Shown here piece after piece: positions 45,701-56,500 of a DNA stretch of 64,000 nt. This stretch comes from an uncultured Candidatus Saccharibacteria bacterium. GTDB taxonomy: Bacteria; Patescibacteriota; Minisyncoccia; Ryanbacterales; HO2-45-13. Position 1 is the first letter of the stretch; each line of letters starts with the position of its first letter. The DNA lies in the NCBI GenBank assembly GCA_964354975.1, contig CAYHBS010000001.1, forward strand, positions 56,282-120,281, in the 5' to 3' direction. A program made the position numbers and the translations under genes. The notes beneath the pieces were generated by a model, which was given only the letters and a program-made list of their open reading frames with translations, did not search any database and had not been told where the DNA came from.

Positions 45701-48700
45701 GCCCTCGCTCATCGTCACTGTTTTGGTGGACATGTCGTAGGTGACGGTGCGACCATCTACCACAATGCGCAGAACGTTTCCGGAGACAATAGGACTTCCC
45801 ACGACAGGGGCAACTCCGGTTGCGGAGGGATAGAGGAGGGTGACCTGGACAAATCGATTTGACTCGGCATTTGTGGAGAGTTCCACATAGCGGTCAAGCA
45901 CTGCTTCTTCACTTCCGGCTGCAGCGTTCAGTGTTGTTGGACCGCGCAACGTCATCGCTTGATTCGAGTAGACGGTGTTGATGAAGACTTTATTGGTAGT
46001 TCCTGGTTTCGTGAGCGTGAGATTGTTGCCTCCGGGAAGTGAGGGGGTCACGTCTGCGGAATAGTGGTGGCGCTGCTGCCAACGTCGAGCCACGGAACTC
46101 GCGAGATCGTCAATGATCACATAAAATCCATCACTGTTACTCTTGCGCGCAAAGACAAAGTGGCGATCAGCATCAGTGATGGTATCAGGATCAATGGAAC
46201 CATCCGCAAATTCGCCGTGTCGTCGATATGCTTCCCCCAGATCTCCTGCAACGTGGTACATATTCCCCACTCGTTCGTTTTGCGTAATGGAAGCGACTTG
46301 TGGAGAATAACCTTGTAATGTTGGGTTGGAATTATGCTGATACCCCGTTGAATGACATGCGGAAAGTGTGCTATTACACGCCATCACTGGGTTGTGCGCT
46401 CGGCTGGACTGCAAATAAGCATACCCACTACTGTCATATCCTCCGGTGTTGAAGAAGGTGTCCGTAAGAAAGCGTACGCCAAAGGCGTTCAGGATATATC
46501 CTCCCTCATCAGAGTGGCCATGGAATCCACCATGGTTGCCTACCTTTGAAACTAATTGAATATCATTCGTCTGTTCAAATCCGGTGCGCATAAATATTTG
46601 TCCAGATCCTCGTGTTCCAGGATCCACTCCTGGGGCATTGTGTACGCGCACAAAGTCGAGCTCTCCTGCGGGCGCGTTCGATGGCCTCACTTCGGGAATC
46701 GATTTCCCCCACAGCATGATGGTGAGTAGGTCGTCAGTTTCGTAGTCCGCGCGAATATTTGTGGTGGTCATGGCGCCAATTCTTCTCCGATCCATTTCAT
46801 TCCAGTACCACATTGCAGCGCCATCGTTGTAGTACGCGGCGTTCATCGCGTAGGAGGCACGCTTTGAGAGTCCATCGCGACCGTCACCAAACCCAGCTGC
46901 ATTATTAAGATTTGGTGCGGTAATGTGCATGGTATATTCACCAAAACGTTGCAAGATCGGCTTTCCATTAATAATTCGGTATCGGAACAAATCTACACCA
47001 GCATAGTTATTAAGTATGTGGTGCCAGAGATACATATTACTTGTAACTACCGACTGGGTGTAATTGTACGGTTCATACTCGGACCCGGTTGGATCAATAT
47101 TATAGTTCAAGAAATATTTCATCATCGCTTCCCCCTTTGTGATGAGTGATGCGGGCGTGGGACCAGATCCATATCGTGTATAGTTTTTGAGCAGAGTCCC
47201 TGCGCCGTACACCGAACCTACCGCGTGGTACCATTTATTCCCCTTTCCTCTGGGCTGCGAGAGATCTCCCCAGAAATAATCTGTGGACACACTCACCGCT
47301 TCCGCATAAAACAAATCTTCGAGCCGATTACGAATAGAGAGCTCTGATGATGTGGTAAACGAATCGTATGCAATATCCATTGCAACAACCATAGGACTAA
47401 ACACCCCGAGTTCGTGGAGATCAATCAAATTTGGATCCGATGCAGTCGGTTGATTAGGAAACGCGCTGTAGTTGGAGAATCGCGTGAGGGCCGCTTTCAC
47501 CGCAGACATCATTGACGCATCATTTGCAATCGTTGCGCAGATTGCGACGTCACGTACTTTCGGAGCATCATAGAATCCATCGCGTACTGAATATCCAGAG
47601 CCAAATCCACTTGCCGGAAACACTGAATTTTGTACTGCAGATTTCTGACTATCGCAGTCAGCCTTAAACGCAAGCCAATATTTGTTGTTGACTAATGCGC
47701 TGTTGTTGACTTTTGCACGGATATCTACGAGATCTTGATCAGTAAATAACAAATACGGATGGTTTCCGCCATTTCCATTATTCCCTCCTCCCGTCACGGG
47801 TGGTGTAGACACACTCACACTGCAACTTGCGGTCGTGCTGTTTGAAGTCACGGAAACACTCTTGGTACCCGTCGTACTATATGTAGTTGAGAAAGAAGCG
47901 CCAGATCCCGTGGAAGGAGTACCTCCGGTGGCGGTCCAGGTGTAGGTGCCGTTGCCGTTTGCGGCCGTAAACGTAGCAGAAGCACTGGTGTATACCGACT
48001 GTGTTGCGGGACTGCAGGTCACTGGGGATGCGGGAGGAGGAGGATTGTATTCATCAGTATCGGTGAGACTCGTGCATCCGGGGTCGTTGTTTGTTCCGGT
48101 GCCGTAGTCAATCTTGGTGTCCGCGTCATTGTCGAGACCGTCAGCGCAGGCAGTAGGGGGAGGAGGCGCGGTGACTACGGTGAGTCCGTCCTGTATAGAC
48201 CATCCATCTGGAGCATTCGTGTAGTCAATATTCCACCACCAATAGTTCACGCCGCTATAGACGGCAAATTTAGGACCTTCCACTACGGTACCTGTAGCAC
48301 CAGATGGTTGTCCGGTGCCATCACCGACACTCGCTCCTCCTGCGGGCATGCGCACATTCACACCAGCGGTGTTGCTCACGCGAACGGTATTCCCCACCGA
48401 AAATTTCGTGCTCACGGGAGTCGGATTCGATTCACTCGTATCTGCGGGACTTGCACATCCCGGGTCTGCCATATCGATGAGGGTGTCTTCTCCGTCTGTT
48501 CCGTCCACTCCATCGGAGCAATTTGTGGTGGTCACTGGAGGCGTACTCACACTCACACTGCAACTTGCGGTCGTGCTGTTTGAAGTCACGGAAACACTTT
48601 TGGTACCGGTACTCGTATATGTAGTCGAGAAAGAAGCACCTGATCCGGTTGATGGAGTTCCACCGGTAGCAGTCCAGGCGTAGGTACCATTCCCATTTGA

Positions 48701-51244
48701 TGCGGTGAACGATGCAGACTGTCCGGTAATGACTGATTGTGACGTGGGACTACATGCGACGGGAGACGCGGGAGGTGGTGCGTTGTATTCATCATTGTCG
48801 GTGAGACTCGTGCATCCGGGATCGTTTGAGGTTGCTGTACCAAAGTCAATCTTGGTGTCTCCGTCATTGTCGAGGCCGTCAGAACAGGCGGCGGGGGGTG
48901 TTGTTCCTCCACCACTCATCGTTATCGTTTTTGTGGATTGGTTATAGGTAACGGTTCGTCCCTCAACGGTGAGACTGATGGAGCTCCCTGAAATAACAGG
49001 TTCAGGAACGGTTGGTGCAACACCAGTCGCCGATGGGTAGAGTAGTGTCATTTGGACAAAACGACCGGAAGAATTATTGGTGGTGAGTTCTACGTAGCGG
49101 TCAAGCACCGATTTTTCACATCCACCTCCGGAACAATTCAACGTCGTCGGCCCCCTCATGGTCATTGATTGATTTGCATAGATGGCGTCAATAAACACTT
49201 TGTTCGACGTGCCATTTTTGGTGAGCGTAAGTTTATTTCCTCCCGGAAGTGTGGGGGTGACGTCTTCTGAATAATGCTGTCGCTGTTGCCAACGACGCGC
49301 CACGGAACTTGTGAGGTCATCGATAATTACATAAAATCCATCGCTACTACTTTTGCGAACAAAGACGAAGTGGCGATCTGCGTCGGTAATGGTGTCGGGG
49401 TCAATAGTGGTGAGCCCATCTTCACCGTGACGCCGGTATGCCGCCCCAAGATCTGCCGCAACATGATACATATTTCCCGAGCGTTCATTGAGCGTGATGA
49501 CCGCGTCGGGTGCAGAATACCCTTGAATTTGCGGATTAGAATTGAGTCTATATCCGCTCGCATGGCATTCGGTGAGGTCACTACTGCATGCCATCACGCC
49601 GTTATGCGCTTTACTGCTCTGCAGATAGTAGTATCCACTACTATCATACCCGCCGGTATTGAAGAAGGTGTCGGTGAGAAATCGTGCCCCAAATGCGTTC
49701 AGAATATATGCGCCTTCGTCGGAGTGTCCGTGAAAGCCATTATAATCTCCCGCTTGTGAGGCAAGTTTAATATCATTTATACCTTCAAATCCGGTGCGCA
49801 TAAAAATATGCCCAGAACCCCATTGTCCTTGCGCAGAGCCCGCTGAATCATACGCTTTTACCAGGTCAATCTCGCCTGCCGGCGCACTACTTGGTCGTAC
49901 TTCAGAAATTTCTTTCCCCCAGAGCGCAATAGGGAGGATGTCGGTGGTTTCATATTCTCGAAGAATATTTGTGGTCGTGAGGGCTCCGACCGTTCGGCGA
50001 TCCATTTCTTTCCAGAACCACATCGCCACGCCGTCGTTATATTCAACCGCATTCATTGCATATGGTAGGCGACTCAACAAGACGTCGCGTCCATCTCCAA
50101 ATCCTATGGCGTGCTCCAAATCGGGAGCGGTCACATGCATCGCATACTCGCCGAATCTCTGAAGAATTGGCTTTCCATCGACGACGCGGTAACGCGCGAG
50201 GTCCGTTCCGGAATAGTTTTTGAGGATACGCTGCCAAAGATAGAGGTTACTAATGACCACGGATTGTGTATAGTTGTATGGTTCATATTCCGATCCATCA
50301 GGATCGAAGTCCTTGTCGAAGAAATATTTCATCATCGCCTCCCCCTTGGCAGTCAACTGTGCGGGAGTCAGCCCCGATCCATATCGTGTATACCCTTTGA
50401 GCAAGGTACCGGTGCCGTACACGATGCTCATGTATCCCATCCAGTGATTCCCCTTCGATCTTCCAAGAGACATGTCTGCGTAGGTTGTGTTGAGCACATT
50501 TATTGTCTGCGCGTACAACAAATCTTCGAGTTTATTCCGCGTGGTGAGATCGGTCGCAAGTGAATCATATGCAATATCCATCGGGATGATCATCTGACTG
50601 AACGCTCCAACATCGTAGAGTTCTATCTGTCCGTCCGTATCCACAATGGGGCGATAATTGGAAAACCGAGTGAGCGCGGCTTTTACGGCCGACATCATGG
50701 ACGCATCATTTGCAATCGCGGCACATACCGCAACATCAGTCACCTTGAGTGAGTCTTGATACCCACGAGACGTTGAATACCCCGATCCAAACCCACCCGT
50801 TGGAAACACCGAATTTTGCACTTCGGATTTTAGTCCGTCGCAACGAGATTTGAATGCGAGCCAAAATTTGTTGTTGATTGTTGAGGTGTCATTTACTTTA
50901 GCTCGAATACCTACGAGCTCTGCATCCGTGAACAAGAGATATGGATGATTCCCACCGTTCCCTTGATTTCCACCAGAGGTAGTTTGCGCCACCGCACCAC
51001 CTGCAAAGAAACCCTGAATAGCACCGAGCACTCGTTCAAGAATAGAGACGGTTGAGGCGATCATGTCGATCGTTGCTACGTCCGTGATTGCCGCGCGTGC
51101 GACGTTGGGAGGTACGGTGATCGAAATAATCGAGAGAACGAGTAAAAAAGAAAACAGCGCACGCGAGATGTGCCCGTGAGATGTGCTATTCATAAAAAAC
51201 AGTGAGTAATGTGGCGCTAATAATGTATATATTGTAGCAAGCAA
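42710..51244 (-). CDS. Giant secreted multidomain protein (2844 aa): two heparinase II/III-like polysaccharide-lyase modules, Cys-bracketed Asp-rich Ca-binding-type repeats, three Thr/Ser-rich Ig-like repeats, FN3-like domain, C-terminal peptidoglycan-binding domain
   Basis: Signal peptide. Each lyase module shows NHPYLLFTD...FHGHSDEG.YILNAFG..FLTDTFF.TGGYDSSGY.YLQSS.AHN.VMAC (Hepar_II_III-like). CxDGxDNDxDxKIDxxxxxxxDPGCTSxTDxDEYN repeats occur at least 9 times. C-terminal ALTERALKRYQCERLGV is PG_binding_1-like. Confidence 0.85.
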   Translation of the reverse strand: MLATIYTLLAPHYSLFFMNSTSHGHISRALFSFLLVLSIISITVPPNVARAAITDVATIDMIASTVSILERVLGAIQGFFAGGAVAQTTSGGNQGNGGNHPYLLFTDAELVGIRAKVNDTSTINNKFWLAFKSRCDGLKSEVQNSVFPTGGFGSGYSTSRGYQDSLKVTDVAVCAAIANDASMMSAVKAALTRFSNYRPIVDTDGQIELYDVGAFSQMIIPMDIAYDSLATDLTTRNKLEDLLYAQTINVLNTTYADMSLGRSKGNHWMGYMSIVYGTGTLLKGYTRYGSGLTPAQLTAKGEAMMKYFFDKDFDPDGSEYEPYNYTQSVVISNLYLWQRILKNYSGTDLARYRVVDGKPILQRFGEYAMHVTAPDLEHAIGFGDGRDVLLSRLPYAMNAVEYNDGVAMWFWKEMDRRTVGALTTTNILREYETTDILPIALWGKEISEVRPSSAPAGEIDLVKAYDSAGSAQGQWGSGHIFMRTGFEGINDIKLASQAGDYNGFHGHSDEGAYILNAFGARFLTDTFFNTGGYDSSGYYYLQSSKAHNGVMACSSDLTECHASGYRLNSNPQIQGYSAPDAVITLNERSGNMYHVAADLGAAYRRHGEDGLTTIDPDTITDADRHFVFVRKSSSDGFYVIIDDLTSSVARRWQQRQHYSEDVTPTLPGGNKLTLTKNGTSNKVFIDAIYANQSMTMRGPTTLNCSGGGCEKSVLDRYVELTTNNSSGRFVQMTLLYPSATGVAPTVPEPVISGSSISLTVEGRTVTYNQSTKTITMSGGGTTPPAACSDGLDNDGDTKIDFGTATSNDPGCTSLTDNDEYNAPPPASPVACSPTSQSVITGQSASFTASNGNGTYAWTATGGTPSTGSGASFSTTYTSTGTKSVSVTSNSTTASCSVSVSTPPVTTTNCSDGVDGTDGEDTLIDMADPGCASPADTSESNPTPVSTKFSVGNTVRVSNTAGVNVRMPAGGASVGDGTGQPSGATGTVVEGPKFAVYSGVNYWWWNIDYTNAPDGWSIQDGLTVVTAPPPPTACADGLDNDADTKIDYGTGTNNDPGCTSLTDTDEYNPPPPASPVTCSPATQSVYTSASATFTAANGNGTYTWTATGGTPSTGSGASFSTTYSTTGTKSVSVTSNSTTASCSVSVSTPPVTGGGNNGNGGNHPYLLFTDQDLVDIRAKVNNSALVNNKYWLAFKADCDSQKSAVQNSVFPASGFGSGYSVRDGFYDAPKVRDVAICATIANDASMMSAVKAALTRFSNYSAFPNQPTASDPNLIDLHELGVFSPMVVAMDIAYDSFTTSSELSIRNRLEDLFYAEAVSVSTDYFWGDLSQPRGKGNKWYHAVGSVYGAGTLLKNYTRYGSGPTPASLITKGEAMMKYFLNYNIDPTGSEYEPYNYTQSVVTSNMYLWHHILNNYAGVDLFRYRIINGKPILQRFGEYTMHITAPNLNNAAGFGDGRDGLSKRASYAMNAAYYNDGAAMWYWNEMDRRRIGAMTTTNIRADYETDDLLTIMLWGKSIPEVRPSNAPAGELDFVRVHNAPGVDPGTRGSGQIFMRTGFEQTNDIQLVSKVGNHGGFHGHSDEGGYILNAFGVRFLTDTFFNTGGYDSSGYAYLQSSRAHNPVMACNSTLSACHSTGYQHNSNPTLQGYSPQVASITQNERVGNMYHVAGDLGEAYRRHGEFADGSIDPDTITDADRHFVFARKSNSDGFYVIIDDLASSVARRWQQRHHYSADVTPSLPGGNNLTLTKPGTTNKVFINTVYSNQAMTLRGPTTLNAAAGSEEAVLDRYVELSTNAESNRFVQVTLLYPSATGVAPVVGSPIVSGNVLRIVVDGRTVTYDMSTKTVTMSEGTTPPPPAVCADGIDNDGDGKTDYPTDPGCSSSTDTDEYNAPIAACSDGLDNDGDTKIDYGTGASNDPGCTSLTDNDEYNAPSPISPVTCSPTTQSVYTSASASFTAANGNGTYSWTATGGTPSTGTGATFSTTYSTTGTKSVSVTSNSTSASCNVSVTTPPPVAALCANSIDDDGDGKVDMADYGCVLATDNDESNPTPVSTKFAIGNAVKVTTTTFLNVRDIPGGTDIGDQLDNQNGTVIAGPKYAVFSGTPFWWWNIDFASGADGWSIQDGLTIVTAPPPACSDGLDNDGDTKIDFGTGTNNDPGCTSLTDTDEYNAPPPVYTCSDGLDNDGDGKIDLADLGCSSSTDNDEYNAPLAVCADGLDNDSDGKIDYPADFGCTSATDTSEINPVSTADIKARPSNSGTYTGGSISLNTGTTAAIQWSSTNAGSCTVVSNPSGTAWTGTAGTQTTPTLIQATTYALTCYQAGAVASTDSVVVNIVIPVACADGIDNDGDGKIDYGTATSNDPGCTSATDDSEADPVITDTTAPTISNLLADSSRGDQLVVTWTTNEPATSRVAYGTSGDLGELTEEDPRYVTSHTVTIHNLDRKTIYYVQVSSRDAAGNTRTSSIIGTYTVARLPKSPKVTELTASSGSIILRWNNPTEYEFYAGTIVMRSDTDFILTPSRATALADITGTTYTDTSAVVGTAYYYTVFTYDDEGTFSDPEFISYRILPGTITGTVGGGSVGSGGGTSDYIAPLSPTAFSAVQNGDGTATLHWVNPSDSDFSRVRILRKAGNAPTSASGADGSAIIYEGPMTAIVDGAVTVPNTFYAIFALDVHGNVSLPTVATRPSANYNSDGSEIITEGPGSAYPGVCSVTTPGITITRWLVFGEFGADVHSLQQYLNKIGHTVASSGPGAPGEESDYFGALTERALKRYQCERLGVCSGDPTTTGHGGVGPRTRAALASGATVGQCAGSGAPPPGLTSSSTPTQIESLRERLLELQRQLQLILAQ

Positions 51245-51410
51245 AAAAACAATAATTTTTTCATTTCACAATATTTTTTTGCACACTAAATTGCAAAAAG
51301 TTGCAAAAAAATAGGGCTGATAAACCTTGATAAATATTTTGGCATTCTTGTTCATAACTTGTGCATATCTATCAAGGTGTAGTAATGCGTTATTGTTTGT
51401 TCACAAATAT

Positions 51411-51432
51411 AAAACCGCCTTGAGGCGGTTTT
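51411..51432. terminator. Bidirectional terminator hairpin aaaaccgcc ttga ggcggtttt downstream of gap
   Basis: seen in sequence. Confidence 0.65.
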
Positions 51433-51570
51433 ATATTTGTAATTATTCACAGGTTTCTTCCACATCACTTTCTTCTATGAGAAAGTGATGTGGAATTTAT
51501 CCTTCAATTTGCATTATATACAGAAACTTTTCATGAATATTTTATCAGGAAACCTAAAATTGGTGCGAGA

Positions 51571-52572
51571 CTATTTCAAAAACTGTGCGAGCGATTCTAC
51601 GTGCTTAATGAGCATCGCGCAGTATCCCCATTCATTGTCGTACCACGCGCATACTTTGACCATATTTCCATCTACCACGCGCGTAAGCGATAGATCAACA
51701 ATTGAACCAAAGGGAGATCCAATAATATCAGATGACACCAGTGGTTGTTCTGCAACGGTGAGAATACCACTCCACTCACGCGACGCTGCGGCCTTGGACA
51801 GAATTGCATTCACCTCCGCTACGGTCGTTGTGCGGCGAGAAAGAAATGTAAAGTCGATAATAGAACCCGTGGCCACTGGCACTCGCATTGCAATGCCGTC
51901 AAACTTTCCTTTTACTTCCGGCAACACATGCTCTACCGCCTCTGCGGCTCCAGTGGACGTTGGGATAATATTCATAGCCCCTGCGCGTCCTCTCGCAAAA
52001 TCTTTTGCGTCGGGACCATCGACGATTTTTTGTGTAGCGGTATATCCATGCACCGTAGTGAGCATCCCCTTCTCAATACCAAGTTCCTTCATCAGTACCG
52101 CAACGATCGGATTTGTGGCGTTTGTAGTGCAGGACGCATTTGAAGAAATATTACTGCGCGAGAGTGCCTGAAAATTTAAATTCGGAGTTGCGGTCGGTGT
52201 GTCGTCACGCGCGGGAGCCGAAATAACAACTCGTTTCGCTCCTGCGCGAGTATGGGCAGACGCCTCATCTTGCGTCATGAATACGCCGGTGGACTCAATC
52301 ACCACGTCCACACCAAGTTGTTTCCAGGGAAGTTTTTCCGGTTCCTTTTCGTGAAGCACCGCGATCTTTTGCTTCCCTACCACAAGCATGTCTCCCTTCA
52401 CGCTCACCGATTGTTCATACGTTCGGTATACCGAATCATACTTTAGCAAGTACGCGAGGTTATAAATTTCCCCAAGATCATTAATTCCCACTATAGTGAT
52501 CCCCTTCTTCCCGTACGCCTGACGGAAAAATGTGCGCCCAATACGTCCAAAACCATTGATCGCTATATTCAT
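51571..52572 (-). CDS. gap: Glyceraldehyde-3-phosphate dehydrogenase
   Basis: 333 aa; NGFGRIGR Rossmann motif, active site SNASCTTN, WYDNEWGY. Confidence 0.93.
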   Translation of the reverse strand: MNIAINGFGRIGRTFFRQAYGKKGITIVGINDLGEIYNLAYLLKYDSVYRTYEQSVSVKGDMLVVGKQKIAVLHEKEPEKLPWKQLGVDVVIESTGVFMTQDEASAHTRAGAKRVVISAPARDDTPTATPNLNFQALSRSNISSNASCTTNATNPIVAVLMKELGIEKGMLTTVHGYTATQKIVDGPDAKDFARGRAGAMNIIPTSTGAAEAVEHVLPEVKGKFDGIAMRVPVATGSIIDFTFLSRRTTTVAEVNAILSKAAASREWSGILTVAEQPLVSSDIIGSPFGSIVDLSLTRVVDGNMVKVCAWYDNEWGYCAMLIKHVESLAQFLK

Positions 52573-52576
52573 ATGA

Positions 52577-53536
52577 TTAGTGCTGCTCTTTAGGCGCTGC
52601 TGCGGGACTTACTTTTTCTATCGAAAGCAAATAATTGTACGCCGAAAGCGCAGCTTTTACGGCGTCCCCACATGAAATGTTATTTTGTTTGTACAATTCG
52701 TCCGTCACGTCCCCCGCCGAAAAGACTCCCAGGCAACTCGTTGCGGCAGTACGATGATCAATGATTATTTCACCATGTGGATTAATATCCACGAGTCCTT
52801 TCGCGATTTCTGAATTTGGAATAGATCCGATTTCAACAAATACTCCTTGTACGGCTAGTGATTTTTCTTTATTGGTACGCGTATCGGTGTATATAAGCGC
52901 GCTCACCATTTTTTCACCCTCAATACGCGCGGTCTTGGCATTCGTGATAATTGATACTTTCTTGTCTCCCTTTAATTTTTCAAGCGTGATCGGATCTCCC
53001 TTTGGAGCGTCACCATATTCAATAATGCTGATAGTTTTTGCAAATGGGATCAGGTCCACGGCGGCTTCGAGTCCCGCGTTTCCCCCTCCCACCACCGCAA
53101 CGTCCATCCCGGAAAATATCGGAGCGTCGCAGGTGGAACAGTACGCTACACCCGTGCCTTCAAATTTATCCTCTCCCGGCACATTCAGCTTTCTCCGGCG
53201 CGCGCCTGAAGCAATAATAACCGAGCGCGCTTTGTAGGTTTTCCCCTTGTCTGTTTCCACAAGAAAATCGCCGTTTCCTTTTTCAATTTTAATCACCCGT
53301 TCGGGCATACGAATTTCAAGATTTGGTTGCGCGCGCATGTGCGCCTCTAGCGCCTTCGCGAGGTCATAGCCAGATATTGACGGGGTTCCTATCCAGTTTT
53401 GTACATCTGCGCTTACGATGGACTGCCCACCGATACTTTCGGTAATCACCACCGCTTTCATTTGTTTGCGAGCAACATATACGCCAGCCGCTGCAGCCGC
53501 GGGTCCGCCGCCAATCACAATAACGTCATATTCCAT
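52577..53536 (-). CDS. trxB: Thioredoxin-disulfide reductase
   Basis: 319 aa; FAD motif VIVIGGGPAAAAAG, redox-active CSTCD, NADPH motif VVGGGNAGLEAA. Confidence 0.88.
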   Translation of the reverse strand: MEYDVIVIGGGPAAAAAGVYVARKQMKAVVITESIGGQSIVSADVQNWIGTPSISGYDLAKALEAHMRAQPNLEIRMPERVIKIEKGNGDFLVETDKGKTYKARSVIIASGARRRKLNVPGEDKFEGTGVAYCSTCDAPIFSGMDVAVVGGGNAGLEAAVDLIPFAKTISIIEYGDAPKGDPITLEKLKGDKKVSIITNAKTARIEGEKMVSALIYTDTRTNKEKSLAVQGVFVEIGSIPNSEIAKGLVDINPHGEIIIDHRTAATSCLGVFSAGDVTDELYKQNNISCGDAVKAALSAYNYLLSIEKVSPAAAPKEQH

Positions 53537-53580
53537 ATGATTCTATTTTCCCATGTATTAATGACCCGAGCAAACTATAT

Positions 53581-56500
53581 TCACCGAGGTGTATATAATT
53601 TATCGGGTCGGATCGCAAATTCGATATCAATGGTATTTTGTTTGCTACAACCCACATAATCGGCACCGCACGCTCCGTCCCATCCGACGAGCTTGACACC
53701 GTAGCGACCGGGAAGTACCGAAGCGTCCAAAATAGTAATCGTCACGGTATCATTTAAATCAGTATCGAAAATTAGACCTTCGGTGGATCCGCTTGAGAAC
53801 CGTGCTTCATATTCGGAAGATTGCAACGTTGAAAATTCAGCGTCCGAGCACGTCACTTCATCATCAACGCACTTCACGTACACGCTATCTACCTTTAGCT
53901 TGATGTCCCCCGTAAACCCTCCGAGACGAGTCGCGGTTACTTCAATCGTATTTGTTTTCCAGTTACCAGTACCCGACTCATCCACCGGCTTTACTACCGC
54001 AAATGTAGTTTCGTTTGATGTGACTTCAAGCTCGAACGCGGGACCAACTTTGCGAAGTAGCACACACATTCCCCAGAAGGTATTTTCAAATGCGTTATAT
54101 TCATTGTTGTCAGTGACGGATGAGCATCCTGGATCATTACTACTTCCTTCTCCATAGTCTTTATAGGTGTCCACGTCATTGTCGACGCCGTCGTTGCAGG
54201 CATAAGCCGCTGGTGGTGCTCCTGGCTTATTGCCTGGATCTGTACCGTCAGTAGGAAATACATCTCCACTTTGGTCGAGTTCCGAAAATAATTTATGTGA
54301 AAACCTCGCGCTCACCGCATCTACCGGCAAGAAGAAGTTCGTGTTGACGCGATCGGTGGTAATAATATTATTTGGCACGTAGTCCGGAATATCAGTGGTA
54401 GGAGACGAGCCTCCGATGCGATTCCCCTGTGGAGTCGCTTCAAATGAAAACCCGGGTGTGGTGGATGCGGCGTTATACAGCTCGATATACGCCGATTCAT
54501 CTTTCTGGTACCACCCCTCGCCGCTACCACCATGGGCGTCATATATTTGCAGCCAGATGTCGTAATATCCGGAAGGAACGGGTGTGGGAAATGTGGCGGC
54601 GGTTGTTGTCGCCTCAAGAATTATTGCCCCACCATGCCGCGAGTTTAGACGCCGATCGGAATCCGCTTTCCTAACCCCATTTGTACTACTATCGGTCTCA
54701 CCTGTTGCGAGGAGAAAATCAAGTACGTACTCTCCATTCTCGGGATCGTCTTTCCAGTCACACGCTATTTCAAATGTGACGAGGGATGCACATCCGTCTT
54801 CTGCCCCAGTCACTTGATACTGGAGCGTACTATACGTCGCGCCTGAAAAACTAATCCATCCGAGAATGTCGCCTCCCCATGCCCAGCCACTGTAATTACA
54901 ATCGCTAATCGTGACGCCGTACTGAATAGACTCATTTGCCTGCTTGCTCAAACTAATCCAGCCGTCCCATCCTCCCGGATGATCTGCAGCAGTTGCGCAC
55001 GTACCGGGAATTTCGTTTGAAGCGGTCGCGGTACCAAGACATGCACGCGCCCAGCCCGTCACCTTCCCTGTTGAGGTTGCGACCCTTGCCTCACACAGTC
55101 CCGCCGGACATTGCCCGAGTTGACTCTTATTAAACGAGATCCAGCCAATGTTTTCATTCCATGCATATCCCGAAATGAGCCCCGTGGGATCTACATTGAG
55201 TCCATAATCATTTGAGGGATTCGGGTCTGCAAAACTAATCCACCCCACCGTTTCGCTCCATGCCCATCCCGTAATTTCACGCAGCGCACTATCCTCACTG
55301 CGATCGGAAAGTGATACACATCCTGTGTCCGATCCAAAATCAGTTTGCCCGTCTCCATCATTGTCTATTTTATCCTCGCACTGTACGGCCACACGTGAGC
55401 ATGTTTCGCAGGTATACCCGTCAGTTCCGCGATAAGAAATACCGGGATATTCTGCAGGAGGTGATCCGGGAGCCGGGTCCCAATCCACTTCCCAGAACCA
55501 CGCACCTTTCCCGTACTGTCCCGTATTGCTGTTGTCGGCGTATATAGGATCACTATTTAGCGCGGTACCAATGACATTCTTGGGTACACCAAGAAAGTGC
55601 TCATGGTTATCTCCTGGTCCCGTGCATCCCATATCTGCAGAATAATCAATGATGCCATCACCATCATTATCAATATTGTCTTCACATGCGTCGAGCCCTG
55701 CTACTGTGTTCACCTCCGTTGTATCCGCGGCAGAACTACATCCCGTGTCGGAAGAAAAATCAATCGCGCTGTCCCCATCATTATCTATGCCATCATTGCA
55801 ACCATTTGGCACACTTCCATTGTGATAACACACTCCTTTTCCTGTGCCGGGATGAATAAAGCATCCTCTCTTATACACCGTAGTACTGTTTGAGATAGGA
55901 TCATCAGGATCGGACATAATTCTACTCCCCGCCGTGTGCGTGGTGGAAACACGGTTGAGTTCGCTATCATCATCTGCATACGCGCATCCCGGATCATATC
56001 TGTCTTTATATCCGTCCCCATCATTGTCCACCGTATCGTTACACGCGGCAGAAGCGTCTGGATTACTTTCCACGTCACTTTCATCGTTGTCGCTCGTTGA
56101 ACTACATCCAACGTCATTGAGGTCAATATAAGTGTCTGTATCATTATCTTGCCCGTCATTGCACTGCGCAGGAAGAATGAGATTTCCGTCCGCTGCCCAT
56201 CCATCGGTGCCAGAATCAAAATTTACTCTCCAGTACCACGCACCTCCTTCGTAGCTTGGCGCACCTATAAATCCATAAGTTGGTGTGGACAGGGTAACCG
56301 CTCCCCCCGCATTTAGCACTTGAGACCCGCTCGGCGTCATACCACTCGTGGGTGAAAGCGCCCCTGCCGAAATAGGGTACACACTTGCGCTCGCCACGCC
56401 CACGACTATTCGCTGCCCATTTGAAAATGTAGTTGGCGGTATCTCATCCGACTCGTTATTGTCGGATGATCCTCCACACCCCGGATCTGCAGCGTCTATG

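Noticed and set aside
43000-50600. Numerous 60-230-aa ORFs on the plus strand inside the giant gene (for example 44586-44996, 49274-49759, 50111-50563)
   Set aside because: They are antisense to a continuous 8.5-kb reading frame with clear domain content, and they arise from the biased composition of the repeat-rich sequence.
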